Assembly: GCA_964016885.1 (NCBI GenBank)
Contig: OZ024741.1
Location: 195,920,001-195,984,000, forward strand
Direction of reading: 5' to 3'
Origin: Eledone cirrhosa
Taxonomy: Eukaryota
DNA: 64,000 nt
Made by a program: the position numbers and the translations under genes. Positions 63,922 to 64,000 of this stretch are shown piece by piece (the stretch's first letter is position 1; each line of letters opens with the position of its first letter). The notes beneath the pieces were generated by a model. That model saw only the letters and a list, made by a program, of their open reading frames with translations. It ran no database searches and had not been told where the DNA came from.

Positions 63922-64000
63922 TAATACATATTTTAGAAATTAATATATAAATTAATTTTAATGTAGTTAACCTATAATTTTAATTTAATTAAAATTCTAC

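Overview
This is AT-rich, repeat-dense eukaryotic DNA. The tRNA-SINE families, RTE tails and (TA)/(CA)/(ATG) microsatellites suggest an octopus-like cephalopod, which is an inference. The whole window lies inside one + strand host gene: four small GT-AG exons (3173-3302, 22535-22626, 49645-49794, 51163-51268) splice in frame into a Dbl-homology RhoGEF domain resembling the Tuba/DNMBP-ARHGEF37/38 family. The introns contain decayed RTE, CRE-like (RLE), L1/Tx1-like, Helitron and Gypsy elements, SINEs, a Tc1/mariner-pogo MITE, a 20-bp minisatellite and a ~26 kb 46-bp satellite with nested higher-order duplications. From ~51.4 kb to the end is a nest of Penelope-like element (PLE) pieces inserted in (TA)n tracts. 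It includes a young RT/GIY-YIG ORF with an inverted copy of its 3' part, a fold-back non-autonomous element and several hammerhead ribozyme motifs of different families. The most notable observations are the hammerhead cluster (including a conserved CAGAAGA core variant), an A>G-skewed SINE copy that may record ADAR editing, and inverted SINEs flanking a 348-nt phase-symmetric exon block that could circularise into a stop-free ORF. All calls were made by eye, without database searches.
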